Shown here in pieces: positions 25,127 to 35,398 of a stretch of DNA of 64,000 nucleotides (its first letter is position 1; the number at the start of each line of letters is the position of its first letter). The stretch is from Neophaeotheca triangularis. Lineage: Eukaryota. The notes beneath the pieces were generated by a model. The model made no database searches, had not been told where the DNA came from, and worked only from the letters and a program-made list of their open reading frames with translations. The DNA is taken from the NCBI GenBank assembly GCA_054600435.1, contig BAAIJX010000041.1:1-64000 (forward strand), in the 5' to 3' direction. The translations under genes were made by a program, and so were the position numbers.

Positions 25127-26116
25127 TCAACAACACCTCCCCTCCCTCCGCCCCCTCGCCGCCTCGTCATCCGTATCCCCCTCATCCCCAAAATTGGTCA
25201 AACCCCCGGGCGTAGTCGGAAACCCCAACCAACTCCTCCTCTTATCACCCCCAGCATGTCCGAGCCTAAAACTCCCATTTCCCCCACCAGGCAAATCAAA
25301 ATACCCCGGGCCATCAAAACCACCTGGCGTCTTCATGAGAGCTTCCCTAGCGAGCCGCTCGTGCTCCGCCCGCCGTTGCTGCTGCAGCACCAGCTTCTGC
25401 GTGATGATGCGAAAAACCTCATCCACGCCCTCATTGTTCGCAGCGCTCACCTCATGACAACTCGTATACAGCGCCTCATGCTCCTGGCCCCACAAGCCGC
25501 TCGAGCGGTTAGAGACCGGACTCGATAACGCGCCTGGCCCCCCATTAGCAGCAGCAAACCCCCAGCCCATCGCCGTCGGAGGACTGCCCACACCTCCAAA
25601 TCCCTGCTGCTGCTGTTGTCCGGGAGAAAACAACTCCTCAGCCACAAACCCCAAACACCGCTCGAACCCGACCTCCCTCCTGCCAGGATCCGCTTGCACC
25701 AAATCCACCTTGGTGCCCACGACATGCACGACCAAATCACCCAAACCATGCCCGCCACAGCCCCCACCAACACCCTGCCTCAGCTCCTCCAACCACCCCC
25801 CCAACGCCTCAAAGCTCCTCCTGTCCGTGACATCATAACACAACACCACGGCATTGGCACCTCTGTAGTAGAGTCGGGAAATACTTCGAAACCGCTCCTG
25901 GCCCGCCGTGTCCCAGATCTGGAGCCGGAGGGTCGTGTTCGTTTCCGGGTCGTGGGCGCGGTGAGTGTGGAAGGAGGCGCCGATTGTCGGGGTCGAGCGG
26001 GTGGGCGGGTGGAAGGTGGAGTGGATGTGGCGGGTTAGGAGGGCGGTTTTGCCGACGGATTGGGAGCCGAGGAGGACTAGTTTTGCTTCGAGGGAGGGAG
26101 TGGGTTGGGCGGTCAT
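25127..26116 (-). CDS. Atypical Rab-family small GTPase (Rab5/21/24-related)
   Basis: GSQSVGKT, TIGASF, WDTAGQERF, YYRGA, GTKVD, EVSA and C-terminal CC prenylation motif. Confidence 0.9.
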   Translation of the reverse strand: MTAQPTPSLEAKLVLLGSQSVGKTALLTRHIHSTFHPPTRSTPTIGASFHTHRAHDPETNTTLRLQIWDTAGQERFRSISRLYYRGANAVVLCYDVTDRRSFEALGGWLEELRQGVGGGCGGHGLGDLVVHVVGTKVDLVQADPGRREVGFERCLGFVAEELFSPGQQQQQGFGGVGSPPTAMGWGFAAANGGPGALSSPVSNRSSGLWGQEHEALYTSCHEVSAANNEGVDEVFRIITQKLVLQQQRRAEHERLAREALMKTPGGFDGPGYFDLPGGGNGSFRLGHAGGDKRRSWLGFPTTPGGLTNFGDEGDTDDEAARGRREGRCC

Positions 26117-26779
26117 CTTCTATCTATTGAGGAAGAGGGTGGGAGGTTGCTTTGTAGATCCGCCGGCGGTTGGGCTTAGGTGCGTGGCATTTTTGATGGC
26201 TCGGATTGGGGTGCGTGGGGGTATTGCGTAAGGTTGTCGCGATGGAAGGGTAAGGCAGAGTAGGTGGGGGCTTTGTCGACTTGTCCCGTCGTCTCGCGGA
26301 TGTTGTTGCAAATGGTTTTATAGCGCGATCTGAGTCGCTGTGGTCATATGGCGTGTTTGATAAAATGGAACGCCTCTGTTTGTTAAAATGGGCAAAGTTG
26401 CTCATTTGTATTGATCGTCTTGGTGACGCAAAGTAAATAGAGTCAAACACGCGATGGAGCGCACGTTGTGCACGTTGTTACGGAGTGCTTAAGCGAGGGG
26501 CGTTCATGGGGATGCTGTTTCAGAATCAGAGGTCGTTTCCTAGGCGTCTCATAATCATAATCAGTCGCCGATTATGGTGGCCATTATGGCGCGTGTGCCG
26601 ATCGCTCGGTTAGGTCGGTTTTGGTCCTAGTTATAGTGCTCTATTTACCGCTCTATAGCCATAATTGCCGTTATTAGTTTAGTGCATGCTAAGGGTAGTG
26701 TCGCTATCAACTCTATGTCGTTTTTAATGCTAGTAATCTGTCTATATACCGCTATATTGCTGCCAAAACCTGTCGCTAT

Positions 26780-27850
26780 AGACGAGTAATAAGTAGTCGT
26801 CTTAAACAGCTAGAGCCCTCCTTCTCGTAAAGCGTCTATTACGGCTCTACCGTCTACTAATAAGCGTAAGCGGTCTATAAAGTCTACACTAAGAAAGAGT
26901 CGAAAAATAGCCTATAAGGGCTATAAAGAGTGTTATAGTGTAAGCTAAGAGGGGGATAGACTAGTGTAGTCGGAGCCTATAGTTATAGCTATAGTAGATA
27001 AGCTCTATACGCTCGTTAAGGATAGTAAATAGATAGACAACGTAGGGTTTAAGGACGTCGATTTATAAGAGGTTATAAGGATAGTTAGCTACTCCTTTAG
27101 TTACTCTATTAGTATGAAACAAGCTTATACGAAATACGACTACCTTAAGCGCACATAGAAGCTTTAGAAGTAATACCTTAGAGTAATTAGTAGTTAGGGT
27201 ACGTAGTCTAGTAAGCCGGAGCAAGACGGTCTACCTCTACCCCCTTCTACGGATATAGAGGTTAAAGAGGAGTACTTTAAGGAGTATAAGGACTACTAGC
27301 CGTTTAAGTAGAAGCTCCTACCTATATACCTTTAGTGTCTAGAGCTTTTTAGTAACGGTCTCGCTACTAGCGACTTCGTAATAGATCCGATTAAGGCGTT
27401 TAAGTCGACTACGTCCGAGGACTCTAATAGTAACGTAAGCCTTAAGATACTAACGTATAGTAGCCTCTTAGGGTTACGTAAGGAGGCTACTTATAAGGCT
27501 AAAAAGGCCGCTAAAGTAAAGGCTTATAAAGGAGCCTATACCTCTACGTCTAAGTCGTTACCGGCCGTTAATCTAGCCTTATAACACTCTAAAATGATGA
27601 TACGGTCACTAGACTATATAAGCTCTAACTGCCGGCGCTAGACAGTAGTTACTAAGGCGGTAACTACCCTTAGTAGACTTAAGGACTTCTAGGATCTAGC
27701 CTTAGAGGAGCGACTAGATATCGTCGAGAGGATAAGAGTTAGTAGAAGGGTAGAGGTACTCGTTACTCTACTAGAGCGTAACCGTGTCCCCTATACGAAG
27801 CGTTTCCTTAGTATTAGGGTCCCTAATCTACCTCATTTTACGCTATAAAG
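26780..27850 (+). pseudogene. Harbinger Myb/SANT-like DNA-binding ORF relic
   Basis: De-RIP reading gives LV(W)SEP...VKD.K..DNVGFKD...KYDYLKRT(W)KL(W)K, resembling Myb/SANT-like domains; many TAG/TAA stops; boundaries approximate. Confidence 0.6.
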
Positions 27851-28329
27851 GCTATCACTATATAGATATCTAGGTCTACCTCCTTCCTCCGTACCCTCCG
27901 GACCTATTTATAGAAGTCAGTATAGGCCTAGTGTAGTTAGGAGCTAAGAGTACTAAGGGTATAAGGAATATACCTCGCTATATCTAGTACTAGATTGTCT
28001 AGGGTAGAACAGTTAGTAGTTAGTATTACATAGTGACCCCCGTACTACTAATTTGTATTGTTTATAGTCGTTGTGAATAATGCCTCCCCGAGTAAAACTA
28101 GTCTCCGCTCGATAGTATAGTTAGTAGTAAAGAGTAGGAGGTAAAGGAGTAGGAGGTATAAGAGGTAGAGTTACGAGTTAGATTGCTAAGCTATTAGTTA
28201 GCTGCTTACCGCCTTTAGTCTATTACTTATACTTAATAGTATAGGGGTAGGAATTACTAGTAGTCTCTACGAGATTATACCTTGTCAGTATCTTTATAAG
28301 GTAAATAGACAAAGTCATGTATCTAGTAG

Positions 28330-29760
28330 AAAACCTAATTTGCACTTCCATGATATCTTTACTACCTACTACTATTCACTACTACTCTCGCTACTAGTAA
28401 CGACCTCTTTACGCTCTCTTACCTCTCTACTAAGGAGTACATAATTATTAAACATAGCCTAAGCAATACGCTTACGCCTACTACTAACTACGCTCGAAAC
28501 AACACTAAAATCCTACTCTTTAAGCGGTACCTCCTACTCTAGATTACTAGGGTCTTTAAACTCGGTAAACCGGACCTCGTCTTTAAGTAGTACACCTACG
28601 TTAATAAGCTAGTTATAGAGAGTAGAAAGAGTATAGACAAAGCGTATTTAGGACTTCATTAAAGTACTCTTATATAGTCTAAGGGTAAGGATTAGCTACC
28701 GAGCTTTTATAACACTAAGGAGACGCTCGATTATATTACGGTATTACGTATAGTAGAGGTTAAACAGCTCCTCCTTTGTCTTTAGCCGTTACGAAGAGGC
28801 ATATTGCTCCTAGAGGTAATAACGTGTCTTTTGATATAGTACTAAGAGCATAGGATTATTAGGAGAGTAGCTACCGTTAGTAAGGTAATACCGCTCTCTA
28901 TAGGTATTAAACCCTTACTAAACCGCCTTACGTAATATAGTACCGTTATACGCTAATCCTTAGTAACTAGCTACGACGAAGGTTATATGTATATTAAAGT
29001 CGTATATAATGAAGACGTTCTATAAGATAAACCCCTTCCTATTACGCTAGGCACTACGGTTACTATTCGCCTTTAGTAGTATTACGAGCGGTACTTACGA
29101 GCCGTCTATAGCACTAATATAGTCCTTAATCTAAGGCTAGCCTTTACTAAGTTTAGGACCTTAAAACAGTAGAGGCATAAGCTCTATTAGCTAATTTATA
29201 GTGACCTAATAGAGACTACTAAGGGCCTTTATAACTACTCGGATATACCGCTATATCGAGTATGCGGAGTACTACTATATCTAGCGGAGCTCCCTTATAG
29301 TCTTACGGTAGCCTGCCTACTAGAGGTATATCACTAATTACTCCCTAGTAACCATATCTCTTATATCTTAAAGGCTATGTTCTTAACATAGATCGAGTAA
29401 TAACCTCCGTAATAATAGCTGTCGTAACTACGTTGTTTTAAAGCACTAATTAGTATTAGGGCTATAAAGTAATATAGTAGCCTCTTAAGCGCCTCGAGTA
29501 GGTATATAAAGGATAGTTACTACCCCTAGCGGTTAGTATCGAGGCCGTCGACTATCTACGACTAGTGTCTCTACTAACGCAAGGTAGGAGACTATTATGC
29601 TATATAGTATAAGGTGCTGAATATCCGCTATAGTGTTAGAGTTAGAGTCGTCATTTTGGTCGCTCTTGAGCTCGTCATTTTAGTCGCTCTCGAGCTCGTC
29701 GTTTTAGTCGCTCTCGAGCTCGTCTAGAGTGTCTATAACTACGGCTATATATAAAGGCTA
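28330..29760 (-). pseudogene. Harbinger DDE (DDE_Tnp_4-type) transposase relic
   Basis: Minus strand reads RYYL(A)(D)G(G)YS (~28867-28893), LV(P)YQKTRY(H)L, KEELFNL....RNIIERL..VIKAR (~28700-28775), RKRIA.AMF.NY; RIP stops; boundaries approximate. Confidence 0.8.
29645..29724. repeat. 24-bp tandem repeat (~3 copies) within the transposase 5' region
   Basis: Unit GAGCTCGTCRTTTTAGTCGCTCTC; reads as an acidic DELESD.N repeat on the minus strand. Confidence 0.8.
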
Positions 29761-30323
29761 TAGTAGACACCCCTGTAGGCTCCGCTATAAACTTTATAAT
29801 AGACAAGGGTCTGTTACGACTAGCCGTATACAGTAATCGGAGGTGCTATTATGGTCGAGGGTAGGTATATTTCCATAATGGCGACACGACACGACCTAAT
29901 CGAGTAATCCGACAGACTCCATGCCATTATAGCTATAATAAGGAAACAATAAACCATAACAGTGACTCGATCAAAAGCCGACGGCCAAGACCGGACATCT
30001 TATCCTAATCGAGCCAAAACCGCCATTATAGCGCCGATTTTATGATTATGAGACGCCTAGGAAACGACCTCTCAGATCTGACATTTTAACCGAGATATCA
30101 GACTATATCTCTGGCATTTATGATTTACCACAGAAACGGCACAAGTCTCAGGATCAAATGAAGCAGCATCTATAAATGGAGATAAGCAACGGTCATGAGG
30201 AGACGGGGAACCACAACCATTGATTCTCGACTTTTGCAACCAGGTCCATGATGACCCTCTCTCCCATGTAATCTCTTCTAGCTCCGGCAGTCATCCTCTC
30301 ACTTTCAAGAACAATTTCTAACC

Positions 30324-32321
30324 TCACTCGCCCTCTTCCTGCACCAAATCAACCGCCACTCCCACAAGCCCCTTCAAAGTCCCTCCCTCAACCTCACCAT
30401 CCTCATTCATAAGCCACTCACACCTTCTCTCCTCCTTCTCCGCTCTCCAAACCCTCAGCGCCAGATATTCACCCTCCTTCCTCAATTCGACCTTAACAAC
30501 ACACCTGTCGATATCCTTGCCCCTGCAATCACGCGATCGGACTAGAACCTCTCCTCTCTGCTCAAAATGCCAGTCCCCGCCAACCTCGTGCTCCAAAGCC
30601 TCAAGCAAGACCCTGTAGATTGTTTGGCGCAAGGCGTTGTCCACGGCGACAAGAACCTCACTGAAGACCGTGGAAGCGAAAGGTAAGATTGCAGTTGTGA
30701 TGCTCTCGCCGCTGTTGCCGGGGATGAAATTGTAGCGCGGGGGGTCCGAGTGAGGAGTGTGGAGGTGAAGGACGGAGGCTTTGACGTCGGCGTGGAGGCG
30801 GAAGGAAACGCGCCAGTGGAAGACTTCGAGGAGGGTTTCGCCGAAATCCGGGATGCGCGGGATGGGGTTGGGGCTGTTTGCTACTGGGGGATGGACTTCG
30901 AATTTCGGGGTGCCGATTGAGAAGGGTAGAGAGGCGGAATTGAGGAGGCGATAGAGGTTGGTGAGGTAGTGGGTTAGGGCTGTGGAGGCAAGGCTGTGGT
31001 TGTTGAAGGACATTATGGGGCGTAGAAGAAGGAGTGGATTGGTTGTAGTAGTTGAGGTCGTGGTATTGAATGTTGTTGTTTGTGAGGAGAGAGGTCGTGG
31101 TATTCCGCTGCGTTTGGCTTGTCGTGTGTTGTGTGCGTGAGTGAGAAGAAGGCGCGAAGTGAGGGTTGCGGCTTGGGCGAGGTTGTTGTCTTTTTGAGTT
31201 GTATCGGCTTCACAGTTGTCGGCGATGCGATCTTGTAATGTAGCAAGCGTTACGATCATCTCTCCATCACTGCTGTCTTCTGATCCCAGTGGTATGACGA
31301 TTTCGTCTCCTCGTAAACGCACTCCCTTCGATGCGAGCGTCCTGCTTTCGCGTATCATCTCGTGGAAGAGTTCCTCGTCAAACAGACTATCCCGAGCGTG
31401 CCGTATCTTAGGCTCCAAGTCCGCTTCATTCTCTTCCAGCACGGGAAGTTTCGACGCTCCAACAACCTTCCCCTCCCTCCTAACAAGCACCCTCAAATAC
31501 CGAGGACGGCTTGCCACGCCTCTGTCCAACCTAACCCTCCCCTCTGCATCCGCATTCAGCGCCGCAATCCCCCTCTTGGCAAACTCCGGCCCACTCTCAC
31601 TGAACCCAAATCTCACCCCCAACCTATGCTGCCTTTGCCCGGGCATTTGACAAACATTCCACCCCTTTTCACTGACGCTCAACACCTGCCCCCAATACCT
31701 CGCCTCCCTCTCCACACTCCGCTTTAAACCCTTCGCAGCGCCCAAAAGCACATTCGCACTCTGCTGTAATCCCGCCATCCGTACATTATCCGCCAACCTT
31801 CTATCCTCGGCTTCCCTCTCCTCATCCCGCGGCATGCGCTGCCACCGGTCCAGCCCCAATGATCCCGCCGGCACATTCTGTTTCAGATACGGCGACAGCG
31901 TTTCACTACCCCTCCCACCGTTTTGCTGCGCAGCATGCCCAGAGAGAGCCAAAGACATAAAGTCCAACCCCATCAACACCTCCTGCTCAGCGGAAGCAAT
32001 ATGCTGCAGCATCTCGAACTTGGCTTTGAACAGCTCTTCCCGTGTAGTGATGGCGTCATCTTTGCCCTCCCCACTCTGCACTTTGTCGTCCTGGTCTTCA
32101 TTCTCATCTTCCGAATCGCTGTCGGAGGTGTCCGATGCGCTCTGCCGTTCCTGTTCCAGTCCATTTGTCGTTGCGAGTTCCACTTGCAATGAGGCTTCGC
32201 TGATTTCGCGGAAGTGACCGCGTTCGAGGTTCATGCGGGCGAGGACGGTGCCCAGGTTGAGGGACTCGGGGGCGGAGCGCGACCATGGCTGGAGGGTGAG
32301 GGAGGTTTGGGATTGCGACAT
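30324..32321 (-). CDS. MED17: Mediator subunit Med17 (Srb4)
   Basis: LARMNLERGHFREISEASL, LDFMSL, EARYWGQVL...GW, LGVRFGFSESGPEF...G.AAL, ARDSLFDEELFHEMIRESR. Confidence 0.9.
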   Translation of the reverse strand: MSQSQTSLTLQPWSRSAPESLNLGTVLARMNLERGHFREISEASLQVELATTNGLEQERQSASDTSDSDSEDENEDQDDKVQSGEGKDDAITTREELFKAKFEMLQHIASAEQEVLMGLDFMSLALSGHAAQQNGGRGSETLSPYLKQNVPAGSLGLDRWQRMPRDEEREAEDRRLADNVRMAGLQQSANVLLGAAKGLKRSVEREARYWGQVLSVSEKGWNVCQMPGQRQHRLGVRFGFSESGPEFAKRGIAALNADAEGRVRLDRGVASRPRYLRVLVRREGKVVGASKLPVLEENEADLEPKIRHARDSLFDEELFHEMIRESRTLASKGVRLRGDEIVIPLGSEDSSDGEMIVTLATLQDRIADNCEADTTQKDNNLAQAATLTSRLLLTHAHNTRQAKRSGIPRPLSSQTTTFNTTTSTTTTNPLLLLRPIMSFNNHSLASTALTHYLTNLYRLLNSASLPFSIGTPKFEVHPPVANSPNPIPRIPDFGETLLEVFHWRVSFRLHADVKASVLHLHTPHSDPPRYNFIPGNSGESITTAILPFASTVFSEVLVAVDNALRQTIYRVLLEALEHEVGGDWHFEQRGEVLVRSRDCRGKDIDRCVVKVELRKEGEYLALRVWRAEKEERRCEWLMNEDGEVEGGTLKGLVGVAVDLVQEEGE

Positions 32322-32824
32322 GGTGTAAGTGGTTCGAGGGGTTTTGGAGGGGTTTTGGAGGGCGGAGTTCAATTGGCTAAGGGTCTTGGTTGAGCTGGGG
32401 TTACTTGCAGTTCCTGGACATGCCCGTAGATTGTCCTACGGGAAAATTTAGGTGGTCCCGCACTCACTATGGCCAATAATGTGGTATGAGTTAAGGTGTA
32501 GTATCGACCGATTGTAAGAATTCCACAATGGAAGTCCTCAAAGCTCGAAACATCAACAAATGGCCCCCACTGGCAGCAGCGGACCGGCCCTTAGCTTTAC
32601 TTCTAATCGATCCACATGGCAATTAGAAGCTAAATCTGGGGAAAGCTCATGAAACCCGTGGACGGCCAGAGCGACACGACGGACCCGGCCGATGCTCTGT
32701 TGTTTGACAGGTGACCACCCTCCATCCCTTACACTTTGTTTGCTTCACACATCTTCTTTCCATCCTATATTCACACTCTTCGACAGGAGACAAACTTACT
32801 ACGGATTGACCCCGACTAGCCATC

Positions 32825-34362
32825 ATGACCACCAGATATCGGGTCGAGTGTTAGTTTCAAACTTAATCCTTTATTTTCCTTCCAACCATGAGCTGACTGT
32901 ACGCCTTCAACGTTATAGATGCCCTCAAGGTAAAACAAGCATTCATTACCCGGATCCAGAGACCTAGTGCATTAAAAGCTGACAAAAGTACAGACACACC
33001 GCAGAGATCAATTTGTACGCTAATCACCAGCCTCGACTTCACACACAAAACATCTCCTCAAAGAGACCAACTAATCCTACCTCACCAGATCGAATGGATC
33101 AAAGGCCTCTTAGCCGTGCCCTTTGTCCTCCTTTCCCAACCCCCAGCAATCAATTCGCGTGACCCCAACAACCGCGCCAGCATCCAGCAAATGGCCGCCA
33201 ACGCGCACCTCCGGTACAGCCAAATCATGCACGACGTCGAAGAACTGATAGAACAGCACCTGGCCTTCCAGCAAGAATCCCGCAAACCCGGCGGCACGGG
33301 CAGAACCACGCAAATCTCCAAGCTCAAACTGCTCGTGCCGTCGGTGGGAGACTTCTTCACACGGTTGCCGCTGAGAGAGGCGTTTGTGTGGCAGGATGCT
33401 CGCAGGTTCATTTCCAGTCGCCGGTTCGTGGCGCCTAGCTTCAATGACGTGAGGTTGGTGCTCAATACTGCGCAGTTGATGTCTTTGGTGCGCGGGGGAA
33501 GATTGGAGTTGGTGACTTTTGACGGAGATGTTACGTTGTATGATGATGGCGAGAGCTTGACCCGCGACAACCCCTGCATACCGCGAATTCTGGATTTGAT
33601 GGCTACGGGGACGCGGGTGGGCATTGTGACTGCCGCGGGCTATACCGAGGCGGAGAAGTATTATGAGCGGTTGCATGGGTTGTTGGATGCCGTTGCCGAG
33701 GCGGATGGGGAGGGGAAACTGGAGCACAAGCTTGTGGTTATGGGTGGAGAAGCGAATTTTTTGTTTACGTATGAGAAGGCGAGTGCTTGCAAGCTTGTCC
33801 CGGTTGAGGAAAAGGACTGGATGCTTCCAGAGATGCGCAGCTGGACAGAGGAGAATGTTAAGGATTTGCTCGATGTGGCGGAGGCAGCTTTAAGGGATTC
33901 GGTTGATTGTATGCAGTTGCCAGTGCAGGTACTGCGGAAAAGCCGGGCGGTTGGTATCTTTCCTCCCAAGGGAGTGAGGCTGTCTCGAGAGCAGCTGGAA
34001 GAGACTGTCCTGGTGGTGCAGAGGATTCTGGTGCGTAAAGTGTCGAAACGCATCTTGAACAGCGACCAGCTAACGGTTCGCAGGAAATGTCCGAGGCAGG
34101 CAAACGCATCCCCTTTTGCGCCTTCAACGGTGGCAACGACATCTTCGTCGACATTGGCGACAAGTCGTGGGGAGTGATGGCCTGTCAAAACTATTTCGGC
34201 GGCATCGAACCGAGCAACAGCTTGCATGTGGGCGATCAATTTCTGTCCGCTGGCGCCAACGATTTCAAAGCACGTCTCGCTTCTACTACGGCATGGATCG
34301 CAAACCCGAGAGAGACGGTGCAGTTGCTGGACGAGATCGAGCAGTTGCAAAAAGCATCTTGA
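32825..34362 (+). CDS. ISN1: IMP-specific 5'-nucleotidase
   Basis: Spliced N-terminus MTTRYRVEYALKTHRRDQFIEWIKGLLAVPFVL; SRRFVAPSFNDVR, TFDGDVTLY, FNGGNDIFVDIGDKS, HVGDQF, NDFKAR. Confidence 0.95.
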
Positions 34363-34485
34363 AAAGCTGCGGCTCCTCTTGTGTATTTCGTAGAGACGAT
34401 ATCCAGATAGAGTTGATGAACAAAACCCCCAAAACGCCAGACACCTTGCTCAAGTCCACATGTATACCATAGTCGCACGTTTACT

Positions 34486-34963
34486 TCAAAGCACACCATC
34501 ATGTTCTCCAGGTAGCCGCTTGACTCTCTTCTGCTCCCAATTATCCAGATCTTTGGCCGCGAGTTTCTGCAGTCTCGAATTAGCACATTTCTCAACCTCG
34601 TTATCCTCCTGTATCTAGAACGCATCTAGCCAATACCCCGACCCTCGAACAGCAGCGACCATGCTCACCGGCCAAGGGACATCAAAGACTCACATAATAC
34701 TCCTCGCGCATGTCGATCCTCCGCCTCTCCTTCCGAATCCCCAACTCCTCGTCCTTGCTAACCTGCTTAACTTTCCTATCGTGTCTCTCGTACCGTAGAG
34801 CCGTGGCGGGCGTCAGGAAGAAGGAGCCCAGCACCATTGTCGCGATGAATGGCAGGCCGAAGAGCGCGAAGGGATGTCGGGCGAGGAGCGTGCGGTAGCG
34901 AGCGGCGAAGGAGGATTGTTGGTGGGCGCTGCTGCGGAACTTTTTGGATTGGAAGACTGGCAT
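34486..34963 (-). CDS. COX16: Cytochrome c oxidase assembly protein Cox16
   Basis: HPFALFGLPF...GSFFLT...RYERHDRK...EEYY / KLAAKDLDNWEQKRVKRLPGE; one intron. Confidence 0.92.
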
Positions 34964-35398
34964 TGTTGTGGTTTGGTGGAGATGGCAGCAGTGGGTTGAG
35001 TAAATTGAGTGAGTGGACTAGCTGTGGGATCTCGAGACTTTACTCATGTATCTGCGAGGCTGGTTGGCTGGTGGGTGGTTTGGTGAAGTTCAAGTTGTGG
35101 CTTCATAAATGCGCATACAGTGCTTGCAGTGGAGTTGTGCAAGATCATGTGACTGCGGGGGCTAGCGCGTTGGTCGGATCGCGTCTTCCGCAAGGCGTCA
35201 ATCTTTCGAGGCAACAACATCATCTGAAGTATCTTCGCATAGGTCAAGTTTTGTGACAACCCGAGTGTGGCGAGATAGGCTTTGCTCGTTGGAGATGAAG
35301 AAGCAAAGTACGACGAGAGCAACACCATGACCATGCATATCTGAAACACCCTGGATCTTAACAACCTCAGCCCGAGGAATGGACGGTCAACCTTCAAC

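Larger units (their letters stand above)
26529..30071. mobile_element. Full-length PIF/Harbinger DNA transposon, RIP-inactivated (3543 bp)
   Basis: Perfect 32-bp TIRs GAGGTCGTTTCCTAGGCGTCTCATAATCATAA (26529-26560; 30040-30071) and a TCA 3-bp TSD on both sides; two convergent relic ORFs; TpA-rich. Confidence 0.9.
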
